Source: Acholeplasma laidlawii PG-8A (lineage in GTDB: Bacteria; Bacillota_I; Bacilli_A; Acholeplasmatales; Acholeplasmataceae). Taken from it: a DNA stretch of 32,000 nt. Below, one piece after another: positions 9,217 to 18,151 of the stretch. Each line of letters begins with the position of its first letter. Position 1 is the stretch's first letter. Position numbers and translations under genes: made by a program. The stretch covers positions 90,001-122,000 of the forward strand of contig NC_010163.1 in NCBI RefSeq assembly GCF_000018785.1, in the 5' to 3' direction. Under the pieces are notes generated by a model that saw only the letters and a list, made by a program, of their open reading frames with translations, did no database searches and was not told where the DNA came from.

Positions 9217-11460
9217 ATGAAAAAAATAGCAATTTTACTTATGATAGTAAGTAGTATCTTTCTTTTAAGTTCATGTGATATAATCACGGACTTACTAAAT
9301 GAAAAGAGTTATGAAGTGACTTTTCATATTGTTGATGAAGAAAGTTATAGTGTGATGGTAACTGATTTTACTAAGGAAGATTTTAATATAAGTCAAGTAC
9401 CCAATAAAACAGGGTATGATTTTAAAGGATGGTATTTAAATGAAGATTTCACAAATGCCTATATCCCTAAATATGAGTATGAGTCTGCATTAAACTTTTA
9501 TGCAAAGTTTGAAATAAAGACATTTGACGTAAGTATTTATGATACAGTTATGAATGAAACAAATATTTTTAAGATTAACTATGGTAGTACACTAAGTGAT
9601 ATAGAATATAGTCATGAAGGTGTTATCTTAACTGGATATAAATATATGGATGATGATGTTACATTTGATATAGCATCAGAAGTTACAACGGATTTAGACC
9701 TTTATACAGTCTTTGAATCGAGTGAAGGTTATGTACTAGTAACATTTGAAACAAACACGGATTTACCTACTATAAACAGAGTTTCAACGGCTAATATAGA
9801 AATAGAGATGCCCCAAAATCCAGTTAAAGAAGGTCAAATATTCGTTGGCTGGTTTACGGATAACACCTATTCAACATTCTATGACTTTAATGAATTAGTA
9901 ACAACAGATCTTACACTTCATGGTAAGTTTGTAACACCGACTACAATGGATTATGAAGTCGATGATACAGTGGTGAGTTTTGAAGGATTAAATGATGCCC
10001 TACAGTATCAATATTATATAAAAAACGATGAGATATTAGATGAACCATTTACTGAAACATTCACAAATTACATTGACTTAAAACCATTTGAAAGTCTATT
10101 TTTAAATGAGACAGAAATGATTGTTAAAGTAGTATTTCCATCTGGGGAACAATATGTATTGTTTAATGTATTTTTAAAGTTTGATGACCTTACAATATAT
10201 AAAGAGAACTTTGAATCCAGTGCATTTTTAGCAAGAACAAATTATTCCAATAATACAACACCAAGAATTGATGGACCATTAGATTATCAGTACAGTATCT
10301 TAAATGGTACAGCATCGACTACAAAACCGATTGAAGGTTTAAAGTCTGTACAACTTAGAAATGGCACCAATACGCCATACTTGCAAACTAACTTTTTATT
10401 AGAGGGTGTTACGAAGATTAGTTTTCTATCAAAATCTTCAAATCATAATTTATCTTTAAAGGTTTTAAATAGTTTAGGTGAAGTCTTAGAAACATACCTA
10501 TTTGAACTCACAACAACACCTACAATGTATCAAGTAGCAATCAATCAAATTGGTCCAATCAAACTTAAATTTGAACTTGTAGCAACGTCTAATATTACAA
10601 CAGGTGAACAAATATTTATAGATGATATCAGAGTATTTGGTAGTACTTCATCTAAAGTGTTAGTCGAAATTATTAAAGAAGAAGAACCAAATGCAGACCT
10701 AGAAGCCATTAGACAAGCCTTTGAAGCACATAGAAGTAAATTAACGCCTCCAGGATTTAATGCACTATCTAATGAAGGTTTACTTCAATATTACGCTTCA
10801 TTAAATGGTTTAACTGGTAATGCATTTAAAACAGAACTAACAAATATATTAGTTAATACACACAGAAGACTCATTAGTTATGATGAAGCAAGGTTTGTTC
10901 TTGAAATGTCAGATATCGTAACTAATGGAGATAAAACTTATTTAGATGGTATTTACTCTGGTCATGAAATTGTCCGTTATTGGGACGGTGGTACTACATG
11001 GGCTAGAGAACATGTTTGGCCAAACTCTAGACTAGCAATGGATAGAGTTACGGGTTCTAATAAAAACCAAGCTAGTGATGTTCATAACTTAAGAGCGATT
11101 GACCCTAGAGTAAATAGTTCTAGATCGAATAGATATTTTATGGAAGCTACAAGTTATGGACTTGTAGGAACTACTGCCTATTATCCAGGGGATAATTATA
11201 AAGGTGATGTTGCTCGTATATTATTTTATATGGTAGCAAGATATCCTGATATATTAACCTTGCGTGATGATAACATTATTGACAGTGCCTATACAAGTGA
11301 AGGTGCAGTCATGGGTGTCTTATCACTACTAATTAAGTGGCATGAAGAAGATCCTGTTTCACAGTTTGAAATAAATAGAAATAACATAATTTACAGTTTC
11401 CAAGGTAATAGAAATCCATTTATAGATTTTCCGGAGTATGTAGATGTCTACTTTAACTAG
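9217..11460 (+). CDS. Lipoprotein: surface-anchored Endonuclease I-family nuclease with N-terminal Listeria-Bacteroides (Flg_new) repeats
   Basis: Signal peptide plus lipobox (FLLSS-C20). Three repeats of the G(Y/W)..GW(Y/F).D......F.......DL.L...F type within aa 60-240. C-terminal domain with EHVWPNS, DVHNLRAIDPRVNSSRSNR, GDVARILFYM and QGNRNPFIDFPE, which are Endonuclease I / Bsn-type motifs. AAGGAGG Shine-Dalgarno. Confidence 0.85.
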   Translation: MKKIAILLMIVSSIFLLSSCDIITDLLNEKSYEVTFHIVDEESYSVMVTDFTKEDFNISQVPNKTGYDFKGWYLNEDFTNAYIPKYEYESALNFYAKFEIKTFDVSIYDTVMNETNIFKINYGSTLSDIEYSHEGVILTGYKYMDDDVTFDIASEVTTDLDLYTVFESSEGYVLVTFETNTDLPTINRVSTANIEIEMPQNPVKEGQIFVGWFTDNTYSTFYDFNELVTTDLTLHGKFVTPTTMDYEVDDTVVSFEGLNDALQYQYYIKNDEILDEPFTETFTNYIDLKPFESLFLNETEMIVKVVFPSGEQYVLFNVFLKFDDLTIYKENFESSAFLARTNYSNNTTPRIDGPLDYQYSILNGTASTTKPIEGLKSVQLRNGTNTPYLQTNFLLEGVTKISFLSKSSNHNLSLKVLNSLGEVLETYLFELTTTPTMYQVAINQIGPIKLKFELVATSNITTGEQIFIDDIRVFGSTSSKVLVEIIKEEEPNADLEAIRQAFEAHRSKLTPPGFNALSNEGLLQYYASLNGLTGNAFKTELTNILVNTHRRLISYDEARFVLEMSDIVTNGDKTYLDGIYSGHEIVRYWDGGTTWAREHVWPNSRLAMDRVTGSNKNQASDVHNLRAIDPRVNSSRSNRYFMEATSYGLVGTTAYYPGDNYKGDVARILFYMVARYPDILTLRDDNIIDSAYTSEGAVMGVLSLLIKWHEEDPVSQFEINRNNIIYSFQGNRNPFIDFPEYVDVYFN

Positions 11461-12004
11461 ATGCCACTGGGCAAATTCAACAGAAAACATGGCGCACTAT
11501 CATGATCATGAATGGGGTGTACCGTTATATGATGATCTTAAACTATTTCAAAAGTTACTTTTAGACATGCAACAAGCAGGACTGTCTTGGTCAATTGTTT
11601 TAAACAAGCGAAAAGATATCTTAGAAGCGTTTGATAACTTTGATCCATACATCATGATAAATTATGATGAACAAAAATTAAATAGTTTATTAACTAACCC
11701 TAAGATTATTAGAAATAGGCTTAAAATAGAAGCTATGATTCATAATGCTAAAATGTATATTAAACATTTTGGACAGATTAATAGTTTTTCGGACTTCTTA
11801 TGGTCCTATGTGGACCATAAAGTAGTCGTACACGACATTAAAGTACCTAAAGATACACCAACTGAAACAGATATATCTAAACTTATCAGTAGAGATTTAA
11901 AAAGATTAGGATTTAAATTTGTAGGCAGTATTACAATTTATGCCTTCTTACAAGCAGTTGGTATCTATAATGATCATCAAAATGATTGTTTTAAAAAAAG
12001 ATAA
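11444..12004 (+). CDS. tag: DNA-3-methyladenine glycosylase I
   Basis: RCHW......YHD.EWGVP..DD..LF..L.L...QAGLSW..VL.KR and GFKFVG....YAFLQA.G..NDH...C, including the Cys/His/His/Cys zinc snap. Overlaps the nuclease gene by 17 nt. GGAG lies 7 nt upstream. Confidence 0.9.
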   Translation: MSTLTRCHWANSTENMAHYHDHEWGVPLYDDLKLFQKLLLDMQQAGLSWSIVLNKRKDILEAFDNFDPYIMINYDEQKLNSLLTNPKIIRNRLKIEAMIHNAKMYIKHFGQINSFSDFLWSYVDHKVVVHDIKVPKDTPTETDISKLISRDLKRLGFKFVGSITIYAFLQAVGIYNDHQNDCFKKR

Positions 12005-12019
12005 CAGGAGAACAAAGTC

Positions 12020-13711
12020 ATGAAGTTTAATGAATATACATATGAAAGACCTAACTTAGAGGATTTAAAATCTAAATTAGAAACACTGACAAAAGATTTA
12101 ACTGAAGCACAAGATGCTAAAGAAGCATTAAGTGTTGTCAAACTATACCACAAGATCATGGATAATGTGGATACACAAATGCAACTGGTTTTAATTAGAC
12201 ACTCTATTGATACATCGAATACCTTTTATGATGATGAACAGGCATTTGTTGATAATGCTGCGCCTTTAATTGAATCCTCTGCTGTTAAGTTTACTAATGC
12301 ACTTTTATCATCTAAATTTAGAAGTGAATTAGAAGCATCACTTGGTGAACTACTCTTTAAAAAAGCAGAACTGAGTAACAAAACATTTAATGATGAAGTC
12401 ATTGGTGACTTACAGTTAGAAAACAAATATACAACAGAGTATGTCAAAATTAGATCAAGTGCTCAAATAGCGTTTGAAGGTAAAGTTTATAACTTATCTC
12501 AAATGGCACCTTTTACAACACATAAAGATAGAAAAATTAGAAAAGAAGCAGCGAAAGCAGTATCTAATTGGTATAAAGAAAAAGAGTCCGCTTTTGATGA
12601 AGTCTATGATAACCTAGTTAAAGTACGTACAACAATCGCAACCAAATTAGGATATGAAAACTTCATCCAATTAGGTTATGATAGATTAAAACGTGTAGAC
12701 TATCATGCAGAAGATGTTCAATCCTATCGAAAACAAATTGCAGAAAAAATAGTACCAGTCGTAAGTGATTTGATGAAACGTCGTCAAAAAAGATTAGACT
12801 TAGATAAGATGATGAGCTATGACTTAGGGTTAACCTTCTTAAATGGAAACCCAGAACCTAAAGGTGATAGAGCATGGCAAGTCGATCAAGCAATTAAGAT
12901 GTATGATGAATTAAGTCCTGAAACATCCAAATTCTTTAGATTTTTAGTGGATAGCGAATTACTAGATTTAGACAGTAAAGCCAACAAAGAAGGTGGTGGA
13001 TATTGTACATATATCCCAGATTATGAAGCACCATTTATCTTTGCTAACTTTAATGGTACATCAGGCGACGTCGATGTATTAACCCATGAAGCAGGACATG
13101 CTTTCCAAGTGTATATGTCTAAAGACTTAATACCAGAATATAGATGGCCAGGCTATGAAGCTGCTGAAATTCACTCGATGAGTATGGAGTTTCTAGCATG
13201 GCCATATATGGAGTTATTCTTTAAAGAAGATACAGACAAATATAAGTTTGCTCACCTTTCTGGGGGACTTGAATTTTTACCATATGGGGCACTTGTTGAC
13301 CACTTCCAACACGAGGTATATGGTAACCCTAATATGACACCTAAAATGCGTAAAGATACTTGGAAAAAGTTAGAAAAAATCTATCAACCTTGGAAGATTT
13401 ATGAAGAACTAGATCCAGTTGGTGAAGGTTTATTTTGGTTTAGACAAGGACATATCTTCCAAGATCCATTCTATTATATTGATTATACACTTGCTCAAGT
13501 ACTAGCATTTGACTTCTGGGGACACAATCAAAAAGACCCTAAAAAGACTTGGGAACGCTATCTAGAGTTATGTAAGATGGGTGGCCAATATAGTTTTGTA
13601 AGACTCCTTAATGAAGCTAAATTGCCAAATCCATTTATCGATGGCACGATTGAAGAGATTTTAAAACCCGTCAATGCTTATTTAAGTAGCATTGATGATT
13701 CTAAATTTTAA
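12020..13711 (+). CDS. M3B-family oligoendopeptidase (PepF-like)
   Basis: 563 aa with zinc motif HEAGHAF. GGGYCTYIP and the overall length are typical of the PepF/M3 group. GGAG Shine-Dalgarno. Confidence 0.85.
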   Translation: MKFNEYTYERPNLEDLKSKLETLTKDLTEAQDAKEALSVVKLYHKIMDNVDTQMQLVLIRHSIDTSNTFYDDEQAFVDNAAPLIESSAVKFTNALLSSKFRSELEASLGELLFKKAELSNKTFNDEVIGDLQLENKYTTEYVKIRSSAQIAFEGKVYNLSQMAPFTTHKDRKIRKEAAKAVSNWYKEKESAFDEVYDNLVKVRTTIATKLGYENFIQLGYDRLKRVDYHAEDVQSYRKQIAEKIVPVVSDLMKRRQKRLDLDKMMSYDLGLTFLNGNPEPKGDRAWQVDQAIKMYDELSPETSKFFRFLVDSELLDLDSKANKEGGGYCTYIPDYEAPFIFANFNGTSGDVDVLTHEAGHAFQVYMSKDLIPEYRWPGYEAAEIHSMSMEFLAWPYMELFFKEDTDKYKFAHLSGGLEFLPYGALVDHFQHEVYGNPNMTPKMRKDTWKKLEKIYQPWKIYEELDPVGEGLFWFRQGHIFQDPFYYIDYTLAQVLAFDFWGHNQKDPKKTWERYLELCKMGGQYSFVRLLNEAKLPNPFIDGTIEEILKPVNAYLSSIDDSKF

Positions 13712-13716
13712 ATAAC

Positions 13717-13747
13717 AAAAATCCTATCAGCACGATAGGATTTTTTT
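13717..13747. terminator. Bidirectional rho-independent terminator between convergent genes
   Basis: ATCCTATC / GATAGGAT stem, loop AGCAC, flanked by an A-run on the 5' side and a T7 run on the 3' side. It can therefore act on both strands. Confidence 0.8.
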
Positions 13748-13761
13748 ATGGATGTATAAAA

Positions 13762-14172
13762 TTAATCAACGAGTTTTACAAAATCTAAATTCAGTACATG
13801 ATCATAGACTTGATACAGCAGTTTTTCTAGTATATCAAGATGAACATCATCTAATTTTTTGATGTACAAACACCCTTTTCCTGTAGTGTATTTTCCAAGA
13901 CTACTTAATATATCAAACTGGTTCACATCATACGATAAATAAAGCGTGATGGCTTGTTTTCTACTAGATAATCCAATGATAGGCATATGGCCAGAGGTGT
14001 TGGTAGAATACTTGTAAAATAGATTACCATAACCGATGATGCTACTACCCCAAAGTTTTGGAGATCTACCAGTCACTTTTGAAAGTAAATTGGTAAGTAC
14101 CAAAATATCTTCTAATCTATTCGGTTCAAGTGTGGATAAATAATTATCAATATGTGTACTGGTTATTTCCAT
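13762..14172 (-). CDS. DUF1801 (YdhG-like) domain protein
   Basis: 136 aa. The pattern IGYG...YKY......MP.IGLS.RKQ.ITLY...........LGK...GKGCLYIKKL.DV.LD.LE.L matches my recollection of DUF1801. AAGAGG Shine-Dalgarno. Overlaps the upstream reductase gene by 26 nt. Confidence 0.55.
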   Translation of the reverse strand: MEITSTHIDNYLSTLEPNRLEDILVLTNLLSKVTGRSPKLWGSSIIGYGNLFYKYSTNTSGHMPIIGLSSRKQAITLYLSYDVNQFDILSSLGKYTTGKGCLYIKKLDDVHLDILEKLLYQVYDHVLNLDFVKLVD

Positions 14173-15019
14173 GGTTGTTACCTCTTAGGTACTGATTGAT
14201 GCCATGAGCAGCCATGAAGCCGTCATGTATTGCTTTTGGGATTTGTAGCATGCCACCAACACAGTCGCCTGCTGCAAATAAGCCCTTGATATTTGTTTGC
14301 ATGAAGTTATCGACAACGATATTATCATCTTTCATAAGTACACCTAATTTCAAGGATAACTCGGTTGCCATCGGGTGACCAATCGCTAGAAAGACGCCAT
14401 TGACTTGATACGTATCTTTAATTGTCTTAATATGTGTTAGTCGCTTTTCACCAAGAAATGCGACTAATTTATCTTGAATCACTGGATATTTTTTATGTGT
14501 ATAGGGTGAGCCATTTGTGAATATCATAATATCTTTAGTATAGTTTTCTAAGGTTTCAAGTTCATGTTCTAAATAAGCACCATTTCCGATTAAAGCGACT
14601 TTTTTATTTTTGTAAAATAAGCCGTCACAAGTTGTACATAAATGAATACCTTTAGATTTAAATGCTTGATATCCTTCTAACTTGATTTGAACTCTAGGTT
14701 TACCTGTAGATAAGACAACTGTCTTAGCTTCATAGGTTTGGTGTGTGGTTGTTACTACAAAGTGATCTGTAAAATCTTCGATATTTAAAACAGATTCATT
14801 TTTAACTTCAATACCAAGTTGACGTGACTGCATGATACCTTTAGTAATTAACTGTTCACCAGCAATAGGACCATGGCCATAGAGATTATCTATCACATCT
14901 AAATTAGAAAGTTGACCTTTATCTTTACCTAATACTAATACAGAATGATTTAACTTTCTTAAATTGATAGCAGTAGATATACCAGCTGGACCAACACCAA
15001 TAACGATAGCATCAATCAT
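14147..15019 (-). CDS. Thioredoxin-reductase-like flavoprotein lacking the NADPH HRRxxxR motif
   Basis: FAD fold IVIGVGPAG. Redox-active CTTCDG (canonical TrxB has CATCDG). GNGAYLEHE second Rossmann motif. AAGDC near the C-terminus. Preferred start is the ATG at 15019, in ATGA overlap with the upstream Trx-like stop. The ORF track extends to a TTG at 15031. Confidence 0.8.
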   Translation of the reverse strand: MIDAIVIGVGPAGISTAINLRKLNHSVLVLGKDKGQLSNLDVIDNLYGHGPIAGEQLITKGIMQSRQLGIEVKNESVLNIEDFTDHFVVTTTHQTYEAKTVVLSTGKPRVQIKLEGYQAFKSKGIHLCTTCDGLFYKNKKVALIGNGAYLEHELETLENYTKDIMIFTNGSPYTHKKYPVIQDKLVAFLGEKRLTHIKTIKDTYQVNGVFLAIGHPMATELSLKLGVLMKDDNIVVDNFMQTNIKGLFAAGDCVGGMLQIPKAIHDGFMAAHGINQYLRGNNHGNNQYTY

Positions 15020-15327
15020 ATACTTAACCAACTTTCTATATCTTGATAACTGTGTAACCCAGCTAATTCTTTAATGGGGTTACCGTGTTCAAATAAAATC
15101 ATTGTAGGTAGACTAAAAATGTCATATGCATCAGCAAGTTCACTTTCGGTTTCACAATTAATTTTGAAAACTTTTATCTTTCCATAGTAATCATCAGATA
15201 TATCTTCTAAAATATTTAAAAGAGACTGACAACTTTTACAAGTAGGTCCATAAAACTCTATTAATACATAACCTGAAGTTTCATGTACATGTTTCATAAA
15301 ATTTTCTTTAGTTAAATCAAACAACAT
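15016..15327 (-). CDS. Thioredoxin-fold protein with atypical CKSC active site
   Basis: 103 aa. VLIEFYGPTCKSCQ aligns with the xWAxWCGPCK region and SLPTMILF is the cis-Pro loop. Cys codons at 15238-15240 and 15229-15231. Confidence 0.8.
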   Translation of the reverse strand: MLFDLTKENFMKHVHETSGYVLIEFYGPTCKSCQSLLNILEDISDDYYGKIKVFKINCETESELADAYDIFSLPTMILFEHGNPIKELAGLHSYQDIESWLSI

Positions 15328-15481
15328 TGGGTATCACATCCTTATAAGCATATATTTATTATAACCCAATACAGTGTATAATTTTAACAAATAGAACCTA
15401 TATGTGAAACTTACAAAAAAAATATAAATATACCATAAACTGATTTTAGACTAAGTGCATCACCAAAATAGGTGTGAATAA

Positions 15482-15490
15482 TGATATAAT
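15482..15490 (+). promoter_or_regulatory. Candidate extended -10 promoter (TGaTATAAT) for the ecf-truA operon
   Basis: Exact TGnTATAAT 15-30 nt upstream of the candidate ecfA1 starts. Confidence 0.4.
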
Positions 15491-15519
15491 AAAAAGAAGC
15501 AAGATTGGTGGTTATTATT

Positions 15520-16329
15520 TTGATAAAAGTAGAAAATTTAAATTTTACATATGATGAAACTAAAGAGACAATCAAGGACTTAAGTTTTAACATACCTAAA
15601 GGTAGTTGGGTATCTATTTTAGGTCATAATGGTAGTGGTAAATCCACATTAGCCAAACTCTTAGTTGGATTACTTAAAGCTGAAAGTGGCAATATTTATA
15701 TTGATGATATCGTATTAACAGAAGATACAGTCAATGATGTTAGAAAAAAGGTGGGTATTGTATTTCAAAACCCAGATAACCAATTTGTTGGTGTCACAGT
15801 CAGACATGATATAGCTTTTGGTTTAGAAAATATGCAAGTACCTCAAAAAGAGATTGTTGAACGCGTTGAAACATATGCGAAGTTAGTAGGGATGGAAGAT
15901 TATCTTAAAAAAGAACCATTCCAATTATCTGGGGGACAAAAACAAAGAGTTGCGATCGCTGGTGCGCTTGCAATGCATAAAGATTTAATTATTTTTGATG
16001 AAGCGACTTCGATGTTAGATCCAGAAGGTGTAGCTGAAGTAACTTCTTTAATTACAAAACTTAACCAAGAACAACAACAAACAATTATTACGATTACCCA
16101 TGATTTAGATTTTGCTTTAAAAAGTGATTATGCAATCATCTTAAAAGATGGCCAGTTAATGGCTGAAGGCAAACCCTCTGAACTGTTTTTACAACAAGAA
16201 TTATTAGAACAATCTAAATTAACAATACCTTTAGGCTTAAAGGTATATATTGACGTGTTAAATGATAACGAACTAAAAAATAATAAAAAATTGGTAGATG
16301 AACTATGGACATACAATTTAAAGAAGTAG
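15520..16329 (+). CDS. ecfA1: Energy-coupling factor transporter ATPase EcfA1
   Basis: Walker A GHNGSGKST, signature LSGGQKQR and Walker B IIFDEATS. (M)IKVENLNFTY is the typical EcfA1 N-terminus, from a TTG at 15520 with GGTGG 8 nt upstream. The ORF track allows an earlier TTG at 15505 or GTG at 15508. Confidence 0.88.
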   Translation: MIKVENLNFTYDETKETIKDLSFNIPKGSWVSILGHNGSGKSTLAKLLVGLLKAESGNIYIDDIVLTEDTVNDVRKKVGIVFQNPDNQFVGVTVRHDIAFGLENMQVPQKEIVERVETYAKLVGMEDYLKKEPFQLSGGQKQRVAIAGALAMHKDLIIFDEATSMLDPEGVAEVTSLITKLNQEQQQTIITITHDLDFALKSDYAIILKDGQLMAEGKPSELFLQQELLEQSKLTIPLGLKVYIDVLNDNELKNNKKLVDELWTYNLKK

Positions 16330-17150
16330 GACACGCCTACAAAGGATTTAAGGAACTATATCACGCAATCAGCAATATCAACTTGACTATTCATGAAACG
16401 GGTGAGTTCATTGCGATTGTAGGTCAAACAGGTAGTGGTAAATCCACACTTGTACAACACCTTAATGTACTTATGCGTCCTACATCTGGAAAAATAAATA
16501 TTTTAGGTACAACGCTACCTTCAAAAAAGAAAATCAAAGTGAACCACTTACGTCAAAAGGTCGGTTTAGTTTTTCAATTTCCAGAGTACCAATTATTTGA
16601 AGTAAACATTTTAAAGGATGTTGAGTTTGGTCCTTCAAACTTTAAAGAAACTAAAGCTCATGCACATGAGTATGCTAAAGAAGCACTACAGGTTGTAGGT
16701 ATAGATGAATCTTTATACCATGAATCACCATTTAGAATATCTGGTGGTCAAATGAGAAGAGTAGCGATTGCAGGTATTCTTGCTATGAAACCACATATTT
16801 TAGTATTAGATGAACCAACACGTGGTTTAGATCCTCAAGGTAAAGATGATATTATGGATATGTTTAACGACATCCACATTAAGGAAAACAAAACCATTGT
16901 CATGATTTCTCATGACATGGATATTGTTGCTAAATACGCCAAACGCGTGGTCGTATTAGATAAAGGCCATATTGTATTTGATGGACCTAAAGAAGAGCTA
17001 TTTACACATAAAGACTTTGATACATTCCACTTAGACTATCCAACACCAATGAAAGTATTAAATCATCTGCATCATACATTAGGCTATCCTAAGAAGTTAG
17101 TACTATCCAATGATGAACTCCTTAAACATTTAAAGGAGGTACAAAAATGA
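16305..17150 (+). CDS. ecfA2: Energy-coupling factor transporter ATPase EcfA2
   Basis: Walker A GQTGSGKST, signature ISGGQMRR and Walker B LVLDEPT. 25-nt overlap with ecfA1. Confidence 0.9.
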   Translation: MDIQFKEVGHAYKGFKELYHAISNINLTIHETGEFIAIVGQTGSGKSTLVQHLNVLMRPTSGKINILGTTLPSKKKIKVNHLRQKVGLVFQFPEYQLFEVNILKDVEFGPSNFKETKAHAHEYAKEALQVVGIDESLYHESPFRISGGQMRRVAIAGILAMKPHILVLDEPTRGLDPQGKDDIMDMFNDIHIKENKTIVMISHDMDIVAKYAKRVVVLDKGHIVFDGPKEELFTHKDFDTFHLDYPTPMKVLNHLHHTLGYPKKLVLSNDELLKHLKEVQK

Positions 17151-18151
17151 ATATTAAAATAGGGCAATATATAGCAGGTAATTCTATACTACATAAACTA
17201 GATCCTAGAATTAAAATCATGAGCATGATTTTACTTATTGTAGCAATCTTTTTAGTACCAATTAATTTAGAACCGAAAAATATCATTTGGATGATTTCAT
17301 TATTCCTATTTTCATTAGGTGCTGTCTTTTTATCAGGTATTCGTATTGGCAAAGTACTTCAGGGTCTTAAAGCAATTGTTTTCTTAATGACTTTCACATT
17401 TATCATTCAACTATTTACCATTCAACCGGTAGACGAAACAGCCATACTTGACCAACCAATGACTTTAAGTCTTATATCTGTTATTGGTCTAGTATTACTA
17501 ACGTTTTTCTATCACTATTTAAAACCTAAAATTAAATTCCGTACCACTTGGTTTTTTACATATGTCATACTGATATTTGTTTTACAGTGGTTGGTTATAA
17601 TGTATGTGCCATCTTATGACTTAGTATTTAACTTTGATTATAATTTTAAAGTCTTTCCATCAGGGCTGATTCGTGGTGGATTTATCTTCTTAAGAATTAT
17701 CGCTGTGATGGTGATTGCATCGCTTCTTACATTTACAACCTCTACAATTGAATTAAATGATGGCTTAGAATCTTTAATGAAACCATTAAGAGTGATTAAA
17801 GTGCCAACCTATATTTTTTCAATGATGATTTCTTTAACACTAAGATCAATTCCAACATTACTTGTTGAAACAGATAAGATTATGAAAGCTCAAACCTCTC
17901 GTGGAGCGGACTTTAATGAATCTACACTACGTCAAAAGATTCGACAAATTATCGCACTCTTAATTCCGGTATTCGTTATTAGTTTTGATAGAGCAGATGA
18001 TTTAAGTAATGCGATGGAAGCTAGAGGCTATATTATTGGAGAACCTAGAACGAAATTGGATGTCTATAAAATCAACTATAAAGATATTATAATTTTAAGT
18101 GTTGTCATACTCATAATTATTGGATTGTTGGTGACTAGATTTGCGTTATAA
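17147..18151 (+). CDS. ecfT: Energy-coupling factor transporter transmembrane subunit EcfT (334 aa, longer than I recall as typical)
   Basis: ATGA overlap with ecfA2. Polytopic. The two coupling-helix Arg motifs are present (KAQTSRGADF and AMEARGY). Confidence 0.88.
   Translation: MNIKIGQYIAGNSILHKLDPRIKIMSMILLIVAIFLVPINLEPKNIIWMISLFLFSLGAVFLSGIRIGKVLQGLKAIVFLMTFTFIIQLFTIQPVDETAILDQPMTLSLISVIGLVLLTFFYHYLKPKIKFRTTWFFTYVILIFVLQWLVIMYVPSYDLVFNFDYNFKVFPSGLIRGGFIFLRIIAVMVIASLLTFTTSTIELNDGLESLMKPLRVIKVPTYIFSMMISLTLRSIPTLLVETDKIMKAQTSRGADFNESTLRQKIRQIIALLIPVFVISFDRADDLSNAMEARGYIIGEPRTKLDVYKINYKDIIILSVVILIIIGLLVTRFAL

Noticed and set aside
15326-15370. 7-bp inverted repeat ATTGGGT ... ACCCAAT spanning the start codon and 5' region of the Trx-like operon. 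It could be a redox-regulator operator or a translational hairpin.
   Set aside because: It is short and has a 31-nt spacer, and no regulator gene is adjacent. It is mentioned only as something to examine if the operon is studied.
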